A stretch of DNA of 50,493 bases from a virus (lineage: Duplodnaviria > Caudoviricetes). Within the stretch, counting starts at the first letter, position 1, and each line of letters starts with the position of its first letter. The notes beneath the pieces were generated by a model, which was not told the DNA's origin, ran no database searches, and saw nothing but the letters and a program-made list of their open reading frames with translations. Position numbers and translations under genes: made by a program. The stretch lies in IMG/VR virus record IMGVR_UViG_3300040734_000024, positions 1 through 50,493 of that record; one strand, written 5' to 3'. Of this stretch, positions 8,649-16,261 are shown in pieces.

Positions 8649-9964
8649 ACGATTTCATCACACAGCCGATTTCAGATACAGAAGCGGAGCAATCCGTTAT
8701 CGGCTCCGTGCTTATTTCCCAGGAAGCGTTTTACGACGCAGCGGAGTATATAAAGCCGGATGATTTTTATATCGTTCGGCACCGCTGGATTTGGGAAGCG
8801 TTTATCATGTTGCGTGGACGATCGGAACCTATCGACATCCTGACCGTAACCAAAGAACTTGAGAAATCTGATCAACTGGCTGAAATCGGCGGCTCCTCAT
8901 ACCTGATGGGTTGTGTAAGCAATACTCCGTCATCCATGCACGCTGGTACATATGCCAAGTACATCAAGGATGCGGCCACACGCAGGCGATTGATAGCCGC
9001 TGCGGATCAAATCGCTCGGATCGCATACAACCAATCAGACAGCATCGAGAAAACGGTCTCGGATAGCATAACCAGCGTCCTAGAAATCGCCGGCGATGCG
9101 GTCGCTGGTCAAACAAAATCCGCACATGACGTGTTCTCAGACCTGTACGATCACGTTGAAGACTTGGCTGCAAAACCTGACAACTACTTCCCCGGAGTGC
9201 CTACCGGTTTGGCTGACTTGGATACTCTCATGGGTGGCGGTCTTCAACCGTCCAGGCTGTACATTTGCGGAGGCCGGCCAGGGCAAGGAAAGACCTCTTT
9301 ACTACTTACCATCCTGCACCACGTTGCATATAAGAAGCGGCACAAGGTCGCCGTCTTTTCGCTTGAAATGGATAATCTTGAACTGGCTCAGCGGTTGGCC
9401 GCTATTGATGCTGAATTGAACGGTCAGACTATCCAAACCGGAAAGCTGACAGAGGAAGACTGGGGCAAGTTCACCGTTTCGATAGATTCGCTCGCCAATA
9501 TTCCGGTCATGTTCGATGACACCGCCTACCTCACACCTTCCCAGATGCGGGCAAAGTGCAAGCGGATACAAGCCCAGTTCGGTCTTGATTTAGTCATTCT
9601 GGACTACCTGGGGCTGCTTACCCCCGACCGGGAATATGGGAAGAGAGTTGACGAGGTTTCGGAGATCTCAAGGGCGATGAAACAGCTTGCCAAAGAGCTT
9701 AAGGTTCCGATCCTCGCAGCACACCAATTATCCCGTGCTGTAGAGCAGAGGACGGAAAAGCGCCCGCAGCTTTCAGACCTGAGAGATTCCGGGTCTATCG
9801 AACAGGACGCAGACTGCGTCTGGTTCATCTACCAGGACGAGTCGAGGGAAAAGGTTGCCCACCTGGAAACAGCGAAGCACCGTAACGGACCAACTGGAAT
9901 GGTAAACCTTGTGTTCCTGAAAGAGCAAACCAGGTTCGTTCCACTGGAAAGGGGAAATAGGTAA
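8645..9964 (+). CDS. dnaB: Replicative DNA helicase DnaB
   Basis: EAEQSVIGSVL, GRPGQGKT Walker A, FSLEM, ILDYLGL, QLSRAVEQR..KRPQLSDLRDSGSIEQDAD. Confidence 0.97.
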   Translation: MNDFITQPISDTEAEQSVIGSVLISQEAFYDAAEYIKPDDFYIVRHRWIWEAFIMLRGRSEPIDILTVTKELEKSDQLAEIGGSSYLMGCVSNTPSSMHAGTYAKYIKDAATRRRLIAAADQIARIAYNQSDSIEKTVSDSITSVLEIAGDAVAGQTKSAHDVFSDLYDHVEDLAAKPDNYFPGVPTGLADLDTLMGGGLQPSRLYICGGRPGQGKTSLLLTILHHVAYKKRHKVAVFSLEMDNLELAQRLAAIDAELNGQTIQTGKLTEEDWGKFTVSIDSLANIPVMFDDTAYLTPSQMRAKCKRIQAQFGLDLVILDYLGLLTPDREYGKRVDEVSEISRAMKQLAKELKVPILAAHQLSRAVEQRTEKRPQLSDLRDSGSIEQDADCVWFIYQDESREKVAHLETAKHRNGPTGMVNLVFLKEQTRFVPLERGNR

Positions 9965-10765
9965 ATGCTTCCAACCACCGATCACGAGATATTGCCAGAG
10001 GATGAAATTCAGGCGCTTGTTCAAATCTACCAAAATTGTGAAGATAAAAAATCGGTAGAAGCGAAGGACGCCGCAGATGAGGTCATTGCACACAATGAAC
10101 GTTTGATCCATCGTGTCGCAATGAGCTACATGGCAACCGGATCGTGTGGGGATCAAAGTCTTGATGACCTGAAGCAATGGGGACGCATGGGTATTATCCG
10201 GGCAATGCAGGACTACGACCCGGTCAAATACTCAAACAAGTTCGTCACCTATGCATACCAATGGATACGCATGTTTATTTCGAGATATGGGAAGATCGGG
10301 CAGTCCATTTACTTTTCCGAGCAATCCCACAACATGAAGGCAGTGGTCGGGAAAGCACAAGCCATGTTTATTCAGGAAAACCACAGACCGCCAACGATCA
10401 ACGAGTTGTCTGAAATCACCGGCATTCCTGCAGAAAAAATATCCAAGCTGCACGTAGTTGTATCATCTCTTGATCGTGTAGCCGGCTCTGAAAGTGGGTC
10501 GGAAACCCTTGCTGACCTCATACCGGATGATACAGACACCGAGATCACTTCGGAGAAATCCGTCTTGACCGCTGAGATCATGGGAAAGCTGAGCAAGTTG
10601 CCTGATCGGGAGCAAACAGTAATTACCCACCTGTTTGGATTGAACGGTGAAAAGCCGCTTAGCTTACGGAAAACCGCAAGCCGTATGGGGCTGTCTGCTG
10701 AAGGCGTACGGAAAATAAAGAACAGCGCCATTATCAGATTGCGGGAAAAACAGTTGTTCGAGTAG
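9965..10765 (+). CDS. Phage-encoded RpoD/FliA-like sigma-70 factor
   Basis: DLKQWGRMGIIRAMQDYDP..KFVTYAYQWIR (region 2), region 3 RPPTINELSE, region 4 SLRKTASRMGLSAEGVRKI. Confidence 0.9.
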   Translation: MLPTTDHEILPEDEIQALVQIYQNCEDKKSVEAKDAADEVIAHNERLIHRVAMSYMATGSCGDQSLDDLKQWGRMGIIRAMQDYDPVKYSNKFVTYAYQWIRMFISRYGKIGQSIYFSEQSHNMKAVVGKAQAMFIQENHRPPTINELSEITGIPAEKISKLHVVVSSLDRVAGSESGSETLADLIPDDTDTEITSEKSVLTAEIMGKLSKLPDREQTVITHLFGLNGEKPLSLRKTASRMGLSAEGVRKIKNSAIIRLREKQLFE

Positions 10766-10796
10766 GTGTCCAAAGTAAGCAGGTATTTGTTTAATA
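10766..10796 (+). promoter_or_regulatory. Phage promoter-like motif, copy 6 (heads the RNA operon)
   Basis: GTGTCC-N16-TGTTTAATA. Confidence 0.8.
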
Positions 10797-10800
10797 CTCA

Positions 10801-10812
10801 GAACCTTGAAAA
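10801..10812 (+). promoter_or_regulatory. boxA-like antitermination element
   Basis: GAACCTTGAAAA just after the promoter; resembles rRNA-operon boxA. Confidence 0.45.
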
Positions 10813-10819
10813 TGGAATA

Positions 10820-11105
10820 AGCAATAACTGGCAACCAGTAAGCCGAGTAGACGAGTGGAACGGTTCCTCCGATGGATGCTCGTAAAACGTAGAACCCTAT
10901 TCGCATGGTTCCCAGATGTTGTACCAGCTTGTAGTTGATCTCGGTCAAAGACAGCATGTCTAAACTACAAGCTGGTTGATAAGAAACACCGTGTACTGAA
11001 ACAAGATGCTTGAGCGCTGAGATGTTTGAGTGTTGAGGGGTGTTACCAGGGACGCATCCTGGGTGAGCCCATGATCCTACGGGAACCATAAGCACGGTGG
11101 AGCAT
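10820..11105 (+). ncRNA. Putative structured RNA with long-range pseudoknot
   Basis: Pairings 10905-10913/11081-11089, 10923-10936/10963-10976, 10987-10994/11092-11099. Confidence 0.5.
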
Positions 11106-11116
11106 GCGCAAAGATT

Positions 11117-11304
11117 TGGGCGGCGGTGTTAAAACGCGAGTTCCGGGTTCGCCGGGCTTATCGGGTGTGAACACACGCGGTAGGGACGCCCGCATGGGAC
11201 GGACAGCCGTCGTACCGAGGCATATATCTATGGACGCATAGACAAGCCCGCCAGACATTATTTCGGTGCATCCCATAAATCAGGTTCAAATCCTGACCGC
11301 CCAA
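11117..11304 (+). ncRNA. Enlarged tRNA-like RNA (188 nt)
   Basis: Acceptor TGGGCGG/CCGCCCA, T arm TCAGG-TTCAAAT-CCTGA, multi-hairpin interior. Confidence 0.6.
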
Positions 11305-11320
11305 CTTTTGTACGTTATTT

Positions 11321-11439
11321 GGGGAGATCGACTAATAGGCTAGGTCACTGGAACGAAATCTGGAAACTACTGTGAAGTACAAGCAGACTATCCAGAAAGT
11401 AAATTGCCAGAAAAGGACGTTCGAAGCGTTCACTCTCCA
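11321..11439 (+). ncRNA. tRNA-like RNA with extended anticodon arm and G3:U70 pair (119 nt)
   Basis: GGGGAGA/ACTCTCC acceptor, D arm GACT..GGTC, CTGG/CCAG stem with 55-nt insert, T arm GGACG-TTCGAAG-CGTTC. Confidence 0.6.
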
Positions 11440-11451
11440 CAAGACGTGGTT

Positions 11452-11523
11452 GACTTTGTCCGTTCAAACAAGTCTATAAAAATGGTAAGAACGGATAGCG
11501 TCACCTGCTTCAGTGGTGAGACC
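11452..11523 (+). ncRNA. Pseudoknot RNA with pistol-ribozyme-like topology
   Basis: P1 GACTT/AAGTC, loop TGTCCGTTC pairs with GAACGGATA, TATAAA linker, GCG then TCACC/GGTGA stem. Confidence 0.3.
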
Positions 11524-11588
11524 TCTGGCACATAGGCAGAGCGCGACCGCGCTGTAAAAGCGGCGAGCCGGTGGAATGCCGGCACCCC

Positions 11589-11660
11589 TGCGGGATAGAG
11601 AAGCGGTTATCTCGGCTGGCTCATAACCAGCGATCGGTAGTTCGAATCTACCTCCCGCAA
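11589..11660 (+). tRNA. tRNA-Met(CAT), initiator-like D arm and anticodon loop
   Basis: Full cloverleaf; TGCGGGA/TCCCGCA, GCTGG-CTCATAA-CCAGC, GGTAG-TTCGAAT-CTACC. Confidence 0.9.
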
Positions 11661-11667
11661 CAGAGAG

Positions 11668-11946
11668 CAGCAACTTGGGAAGGGTTGCTGAACACCAGGA
11701 TAAGAATTCCCAACCGAGCGGCGAGCCGCCTAGAAGTCGGTAAACAGTCAGGTCCCTGGACGTAGGAAAGACGCTAACTAAACCTAGCCTGATACGCTGC
11801 GGCGCAGGCAATCACCGGCTGTGCTCTTTGGGAAGGTGTAGAATGCACCACGTACCGGTACAGCCGGTGAACATGAAATCTAGCCCACGTTTACCGGTAT
11901 TGCTGTGGGCTTGATACCAGGGTGTCTCAATACCTCCCGCCCTGGC
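11668..11946 (+). ncRNA. Putative structured RNA between the two tRNAs
   Basis: Stems 11668-11675/11683-11690, 11812-11824/11858-11870, 11882-11888/11905-11911; pseudoknot 11675-11681/11707-11713. Confidence 0.5.
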
Positions 11947-11955
11947 ATGCAAGAA

Positions 11956-12027
11956 GCCGAAGTAGCTCAGTGGCAGAGCAATTGGTTTGTGATCAGTAGG
12001 TCGCTGGTTCGACCCCAGCCTTCGGCT
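11956..12027 (+). tRNA. tRNA-Thr(TGT)
   Basis: GCCGAAG/CTTCGGC acceptor, GCTC/GAGC D stem, loop TT-TGT-GA, T arm GCTGG-TTCGACC-CCAGC; weak anticodon stem. Confidence 0.85.
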
Positions 12028-12132
12028 TTAGACGGTGTAGTGACCGTCGAGTGACTTCTCCTACCCTTGAAGGGCGGTCTCTTGGCGAGGAGCGCCAGGA
12101 GACCGTAAGGGGGAGTTGTTTATCAGGAGACT

Positions 12133-12870
12133 ATGAAAAAAATACTCAGCATCAATGCCCTTTTATGGGTAATTTATATCGCATTACTGGCCGTCCTTTT
12201 TCCTCATACCGCATGGGCGTTCGGGCAATTTGAACCGTCCACCGGGCAGGTATGGGTATCATGGGCGGCCGCTTTGGCGTTTGAGGCCGCTATCGCCGCT
12301 CTTACCCACAAGCTGTCAAAGCACATTGAACAGACACCGAAACGGCTGTCTGCTGGAAAGAAATTCACCTATCGCTATCTAAACGCTTATTCGCTTGGGC
12401 TGGTAGCTGCATTAGGTCTATCTTCACTCGCTAACCTGGCGCATGCGGTCGAGTTCGGCCGCCAGATGGCGATATTCACCGAATGGAATATTCCGTTCGG
12501 TGTTTTTGCTATCTCGTTCGGAGCCATATTACCGCTCATTAGTTTGACCTTCGCTCGGGTTCTCTCGAATGTGGCAGAGACCGAATCGGATGACGACCCG
12601 GAGTTGATCCAGGCGAAGGAAACCATTGGCGACCTTCGCAAACAACTGAGGGAAGCGAACAAGGAAGTTGAGACAGCGAATAAGCGAGCCGATACAGCCG
12701 AAGGTAAGTTCGGTTCAATGGGGGACGTAGTAAATGGCTTGTTCGCTGAGGATAAGCAAAAGCGAATTGTTACCGTACATAACCAGTGGCCGGCACTCAC
12801 CGGATCGGCCATTGCGATCATCGCCGAAAGTTCGCCGGCGTACGTGTCAGAAATCCTGAGCAAGGAATAG
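12133..12870 (+). CDS. Multi-pass membrane protein with coiled coil and C-terminal HTH-like tail
   Basis: About four hydrophobic segments, then a heptad-rich region; AGGAG RBS. Confidence 0.75.
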   Translation: MKKILSINALLWVIYIALLAVLFPHTAWAFGQFEPSTGQVWVSWAAALAFEAAIAALTHKLSKHIEQTPKRLSAGKKFTYRYLNAYSLGLVAALGLSSLANLAHAVEFGRQMAIFTEWNIPFGVFAISFGAILPLISLTFARVLSNVAETESDDDPELIQAKETIGDLRKQLREANKEVETANKRADTAEGKFGSMGDVVNGLFAEDKQKRIVTVHNQWPALTGSAIAIIAESSPAYVSEILSKE

Positions 12871-12984
12871 AAATGTTCTTCGGAGAAACGAATTGTCTCA
12901 ACGCTACAAACCACGCACAATCCATTGCCAGGATTGCCGTAAGCAAACCATCGTTTACCACCCCTTGTCGGTCCGCTGTCCAGA

Positions 12985-13485
12985 GTGCCAGCAAAAGAGA
13001 AACAGGTCGGGTGGCTATGTATGGCGACATCTACAATTTGGAGGAATATTGTGAACCGCAAAGGGAAAACGGAAGATATACATCAAATCCCGGAAGGCCG
13101 CGGAATGGACGCCTTGATCGCAACGTCGGTGTTCGGATGGAGAATTGAAGGCCGGTTGACCGTACCTCCGCCCGGAGATCCGCGTATATCATGGTGCGCC
13201 ATGTGGGACGCAGAAGGCCGGCCTCACTGGATGCCGAATTATTCAACCGACCTGGTATCAGCTTTCGAGGTGGTGAAGCGCATTATGTACGGAACGCTTC
13301 GCAGTCAGCCGAAGTTTTCTTATAGCGAGAAGCAAGGCTGGTGCTGCGATTTTGAGCATGGAGCGAAGGCTTTCGCTCCCACTCTCGAATTAGCGATCTG
13401 CCGGGCAGCTTTGCTCGTTGTCAACGGGAATTTGGGAATGGTAATGGGGGTACTGGTTGTGGGCGGGAACGGAGGCGCTGAATGA
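12985..13485 (+). CDS. Phage ABA-sandwich (BC1872-like) domain protein
   Basis: GRGMDALIA..VFGW...PNYSTDLVSAFEVV...APTLELAICRAAL; start uncertain. Confidence 0.65.
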   Translation: MPAKEKQVGWLCMATSTIWRNIVNRKGKTEDIHQIPEGRGMDALIATSVFGWRIEGRLTVPPPGDPRISWCAMWDAEGRPHWMPNYSTDLVSAFEVVKRIMYGTLRSQPKFSYSEKQGWCCDFEHGAKAFAPTLELAICRAALLVVNGNLGMVMGVLVVGGNGGAE

Positions 13486-13727
13486 TACAGGTGCAAACAA
13501 CTATCGAGGCAAATGCGAATAACACCTCCGTTGCGGTGAACATTCTTTTGAGGGAAGATGCAAACCCCAGAGAGGCCAAACTGGCTAAGGCTATCTACAA
13601 TTTCACCACAAAGATATTGATCACCGCCGCTAAGAAAGCCGGGTTCGATAAAGTGATTGTTGTGGACGAGGATGTTGAAAAATTCGTGAAGGATCACCAC
13701 AACACACAGAATGAAGGCGCTGAATGA
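13482..13727 (+). CDS. Hypothetical protein
   Basis: GGAGG RBS, ATGA coupling. Confidence 0.6.
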   Translation: MIQVQTTIEANANNTSVAVNILLREDANPREAKLAKAIYNFTTKILITAAKKAGFDKVIVVDEDVEKFVKDHHNTQNEGAE

Positions 13728-14260
13728 GCGGACTGATTATTGATTACGTGGGCGATGACGGGAAAACCATCGGTAGTAAATGTTTAAGCTGTGGCGGTGA
13801 CATCGGACTGGATGAGACAATTCCCCACGTTTGCCCGAACCGCATTGAAAACCAGTACAACGCCCCCAGGTCACCGGAAGACGAACTCCGCTACCAGAAC
13901 CTGTTATCCCGTTCACACGATAACCTGGCTTCCTGGTGTTTGGCATGTGAGAAGAACAATAAAGAACTGGGGGAAATGGTTATTTCTGTAGAAAACCAGC
14001 TAAAGAAATCTCAAAAAGAAATTGCAGAGATTTCTATGCGAGTTGTGGAATTTGCCTGGCAGCTTCAAGTCTGGAAATTGGACTCAGCCGCCGACAATCT
14101 CATTCGAGAGATATTGGGTGATCGTGTGCATGCGCCTGATTATTTTGCGCTCGTTGCCAGCCTGCAAAGCAAAGAGGAAGAAATTCAGGAACTCAAGCAG
14201 GCTCTTGAAGAGAAAGCACAATCGGTTTTAAGGAAAGGAGAACATGGGACAAAATCTTGA
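13724..14260 (+). CDS. Hypothetical protein (Cys motif plus coiled coil)
   Basis: Translationally coupled ORF. Confidence 0.6.
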   Translation: MSGLIIDYVGDDGKTIGSKCLSCGGDIGLDETIPHVCPNRIENQYNAPRSPEDELRYQNLLSRSHDNLASWCLACEKNNKELGEMVISVENQLKKSQKEIAEISMRVVEFAWQLQVWKLDSAADNLIREILGDRVHAPDYFALVASLQSKEEEIQELKQALEEKAQSVLRKGEHGTKS

Positions 14261-14600
14261 TACGTGGGCTGTGCTCGAATTGTTCGGTCACCAGGAAATC
14301 GCAGGCATGGTAACCGAACATATTATCGGTGGTCAGGCGTTCGTCCGGGTTGATGTGCCCGCTGTGAACGGTAATCCCGAGTTTACCAAACTGTACAACG
14401 CCTCAGCTATTTATGGAATTACCCCGACCACCGAGGATATTGTCCGGGCGTTCTTATCCAGGAATGCGCCGGCACCGATCAAACTTTACCAACTGGACGT
14501 GAGCGCTTTATTGCCACCTGGTGCCGGTCCCGTAGGTGAGACGGAACAATTCAAGGACGATCCAGACTGCGAAGGACCGACCGAAGACCCTCCATTTTAG
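14244..14600 (+). CDS. Conserved phage hypothetical protein
   Basis: AAGGAG RBS; WAVLELFGH..IAG.VTE..IGG..FVRVDVP pattern. Confidence 0.7.
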   Translation: MGQNLDTWAVLELFGHQEIAGMVTEHIIGGQAFVRVDVPAVNGNPEFTKLYNASAIYGITPTTEDIVRAFLSRNAPAPIKLYQLDVSALLPPGAGPVGETEQFKDDPDCEGPTEDPPF

Positions 14601-14613
14601 CGAAAGGTATTCT

Positions 14614-14886
14614 ATGAGTGAAACTGTCAATAGTGCGGAATATTTTGCTGATACCGGATCAGAACTTGAAAGCCGTGACATCTCCGCTGAGTTATGGCGA
14701 GAGTACGATTTCGGCGGTCGTGTTTACCGGATCAATTCTCCATCATCCTTGTATACCCGCAAGGGTGGAACTACCCACAGGGTAGTTGATAAAGACGGGG
14801 TTGTCCATTGCGTACCGGCTCCAGGCGTAAACGGCTGTGTTTTACGTTGGAAAAACCTCGATCCAAAAAAACCAGTCACATTCTAA
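14614..14886 (+). CDS. Hypothetical protein
   Basis: AAGG RBS; WREYDF..RVYRI..P..L...GGTTHRVVD. Confidence 0.65.
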   Translation: MSETVNSAEYFADTGSELESRDISAELWREYDFGGRVYRINSPSSLYTRKGGTTHRVVDKDGVVHCVPAPGVNGCVLRWKNLDPKKPVTF

Positions 14887-14899
14887 CGAAAGGTAATCT

Positions 14900-15352
14900 A
14901 TGAACGATAAACCAGTTGAGAAGAAAGACCTTATCCAACAGCGGGAAGAACTTGAGAACCGGGTTGCAGCACTCGAAGGCGCCTTAAGCTCAATCCTCCT
15001 GCAAGCCACCACCTGCCGTATGCCGGTTTGCACACCTGCCGAGGTCGAGAACGCCCGCACCTTGCTCAAGGAAATGGCGATTGATCCGCAAGCATTCGCC
15101 TACACCCTCATGCGCGGAACCGTGTCTGCAATTGCGGATACCAGCCTCAAGGCTCAACGACCCGAAGTTCAGAAATGGATCCAAAACGCCAATGCGGTTC
15201 AGATTCCGATTAAAATTGTCTGCACTGCCTTGCGCTTAGCTGCCGGTGAACTTTCAACCCACGATCCATACACCAAAATGCACCCAGCCGAGGTTTACCA
15301 GAAATTGATCAATTCAGCATCAAACCCTGCTGTGTCAAAATCGGCAGACTGA
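14900..15352 (+). CDS. Hypothetical protein
   Basis: AAGGT RBS, 150 aa. Confidence 0.6.
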   Translation: MNDKPVEKKDLIQQREELENRVAALEGALSSILLQATTCRMPVCTPAEVENARTLLKEMAIDPQAFAYTLMRGTVSAIADTSLKAQRPEVQKWIQNANAVQIPIKIVCTALRLAAGELSTHDPYTKMHPAEVYQKLINSASNPAVSKSAD

Positions 15353-15368
15353 AAAGGAAGGTAAACAG

Positions 15369-16247
15369 GTTAGCGGTAATACCAAGATCGAATGGGCGAC
15401 CAAAGTCTGGAACCCGGTAACCGGATGCACGAAGGTCAGCGCAGGGTGCGCCAACTGCTACGCCGAACGGGTTGCGAAGCGCTTTTGGAAAGGGAGACCT
15501 TTCACCGATATTCGGTGCTTTGAAAACCGGTTGGATGACCCGCTTCATTGGAGCGACCCAGAACGTATTTTCGTAAACTCCATGAGCGACCTGTTCCACC
15601 CGGAGGTGCCGGACGGATTTATCTTCGCTATTTTCAAGCGAATGGAATATTGCAAACAGCATACCTTTCTGATCCTCACGAAGCGCCCCAGGCGGATGCA
15701 GGACTGGCTTTGGGAACACTGGTTCAAGGGCACATTCGGGGAAAGTCTACAAAAGCTTGTGCTTCCGAACGTGTGGTTAGGTGTAAGCGTTGAGAACCAG
15801 GAAGCCGCAAACGAGCGCATCCCGATCTTGATGAATACCCCGGCTGCCAAACACTTCATTTCCTGTGAACCGTTGCTTTCCGGGGTAGATCTCCTGAATG
15901 TGAAATACCATACCGATAGCGCATACAATTTGAATGTTCTCGGGATGCGGTACACAACAATTCCGATTGAAAATAACCAGGATGGAACGCCAATGGTTTT
16001 CGGTATGGCCGGCATGGCGAAAATCGACTGGGTTATCTGCGGAGGTGAATCCGGTCCGAACGCCCGCCCACTGAAACCGGAATGGGCTAAGCGCCTGCTG
16101 TACCAGTGCGAGAAAGCCGGAACCCCGTTCTTTTTCAAGCAGTGGGGCGAGTTCACCACTTCCGATGACGGGAAGGCGCTGCGTGTTGGTAAGCAGGTTG
16201 CTGGGCGCATGTTGAACGGGAAAGAGTATTCGCAATTCCCTGAATAA
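15369..16247 (+). CDS. Phage Gp37/Gp68 (DUF5131) radical-SAM-like protein; start codon non-canonical (GTT) or mutated
   Basis: In-frame upstream TKIEW..VWNPVTGCTKVSAGCANCYA; IFVNSMSDLFH, LTKRP, NVWLGVSVENQ, DWVICGGESG, FFFKQWG. Confidence 0.88.
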   Translation, partial: VSGNTKIEWATKVWNPVTGCTKVSAGCANCYAERVAKRFWKGRPFTDIRCFENRLDDPLHWSDPERIFVNSMSDLFHPEVPDGFIFAIFKRMEYCKQHTFLILTKRPRRMQDWLWEHWFKGTFGESLQKLVLPNVWLGVSVENQEAANERIPILMNTPAAKHFISCEPLLSGVDLLNVKYHTDSAYNLNVLGMRYTTIPIENNQDGTPMVFGMAGMAKIDWVICGGESGPNARPLKPEWAKRLLYQCEKAGTPFFFKQWGEFTTSDDGKALRVGKQVAGRMLNGKEYSQFPE

Positions 16248-16261
16248 CCTCCAATAATAAA

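Noticed and set aside
11117-11439. tmRNA, or tRNAs containing group I introns
   Set aside because: Inserts are too short, and I could see no tag reading frame or group I core
10664-11811. ORFs called in the RNA region (10664-11095, 11043-11276, 11464-11811, 11571-11765)
   Set aside because: They are antisense to or overlap tRNA structures, with no RBS or recognisable protein features
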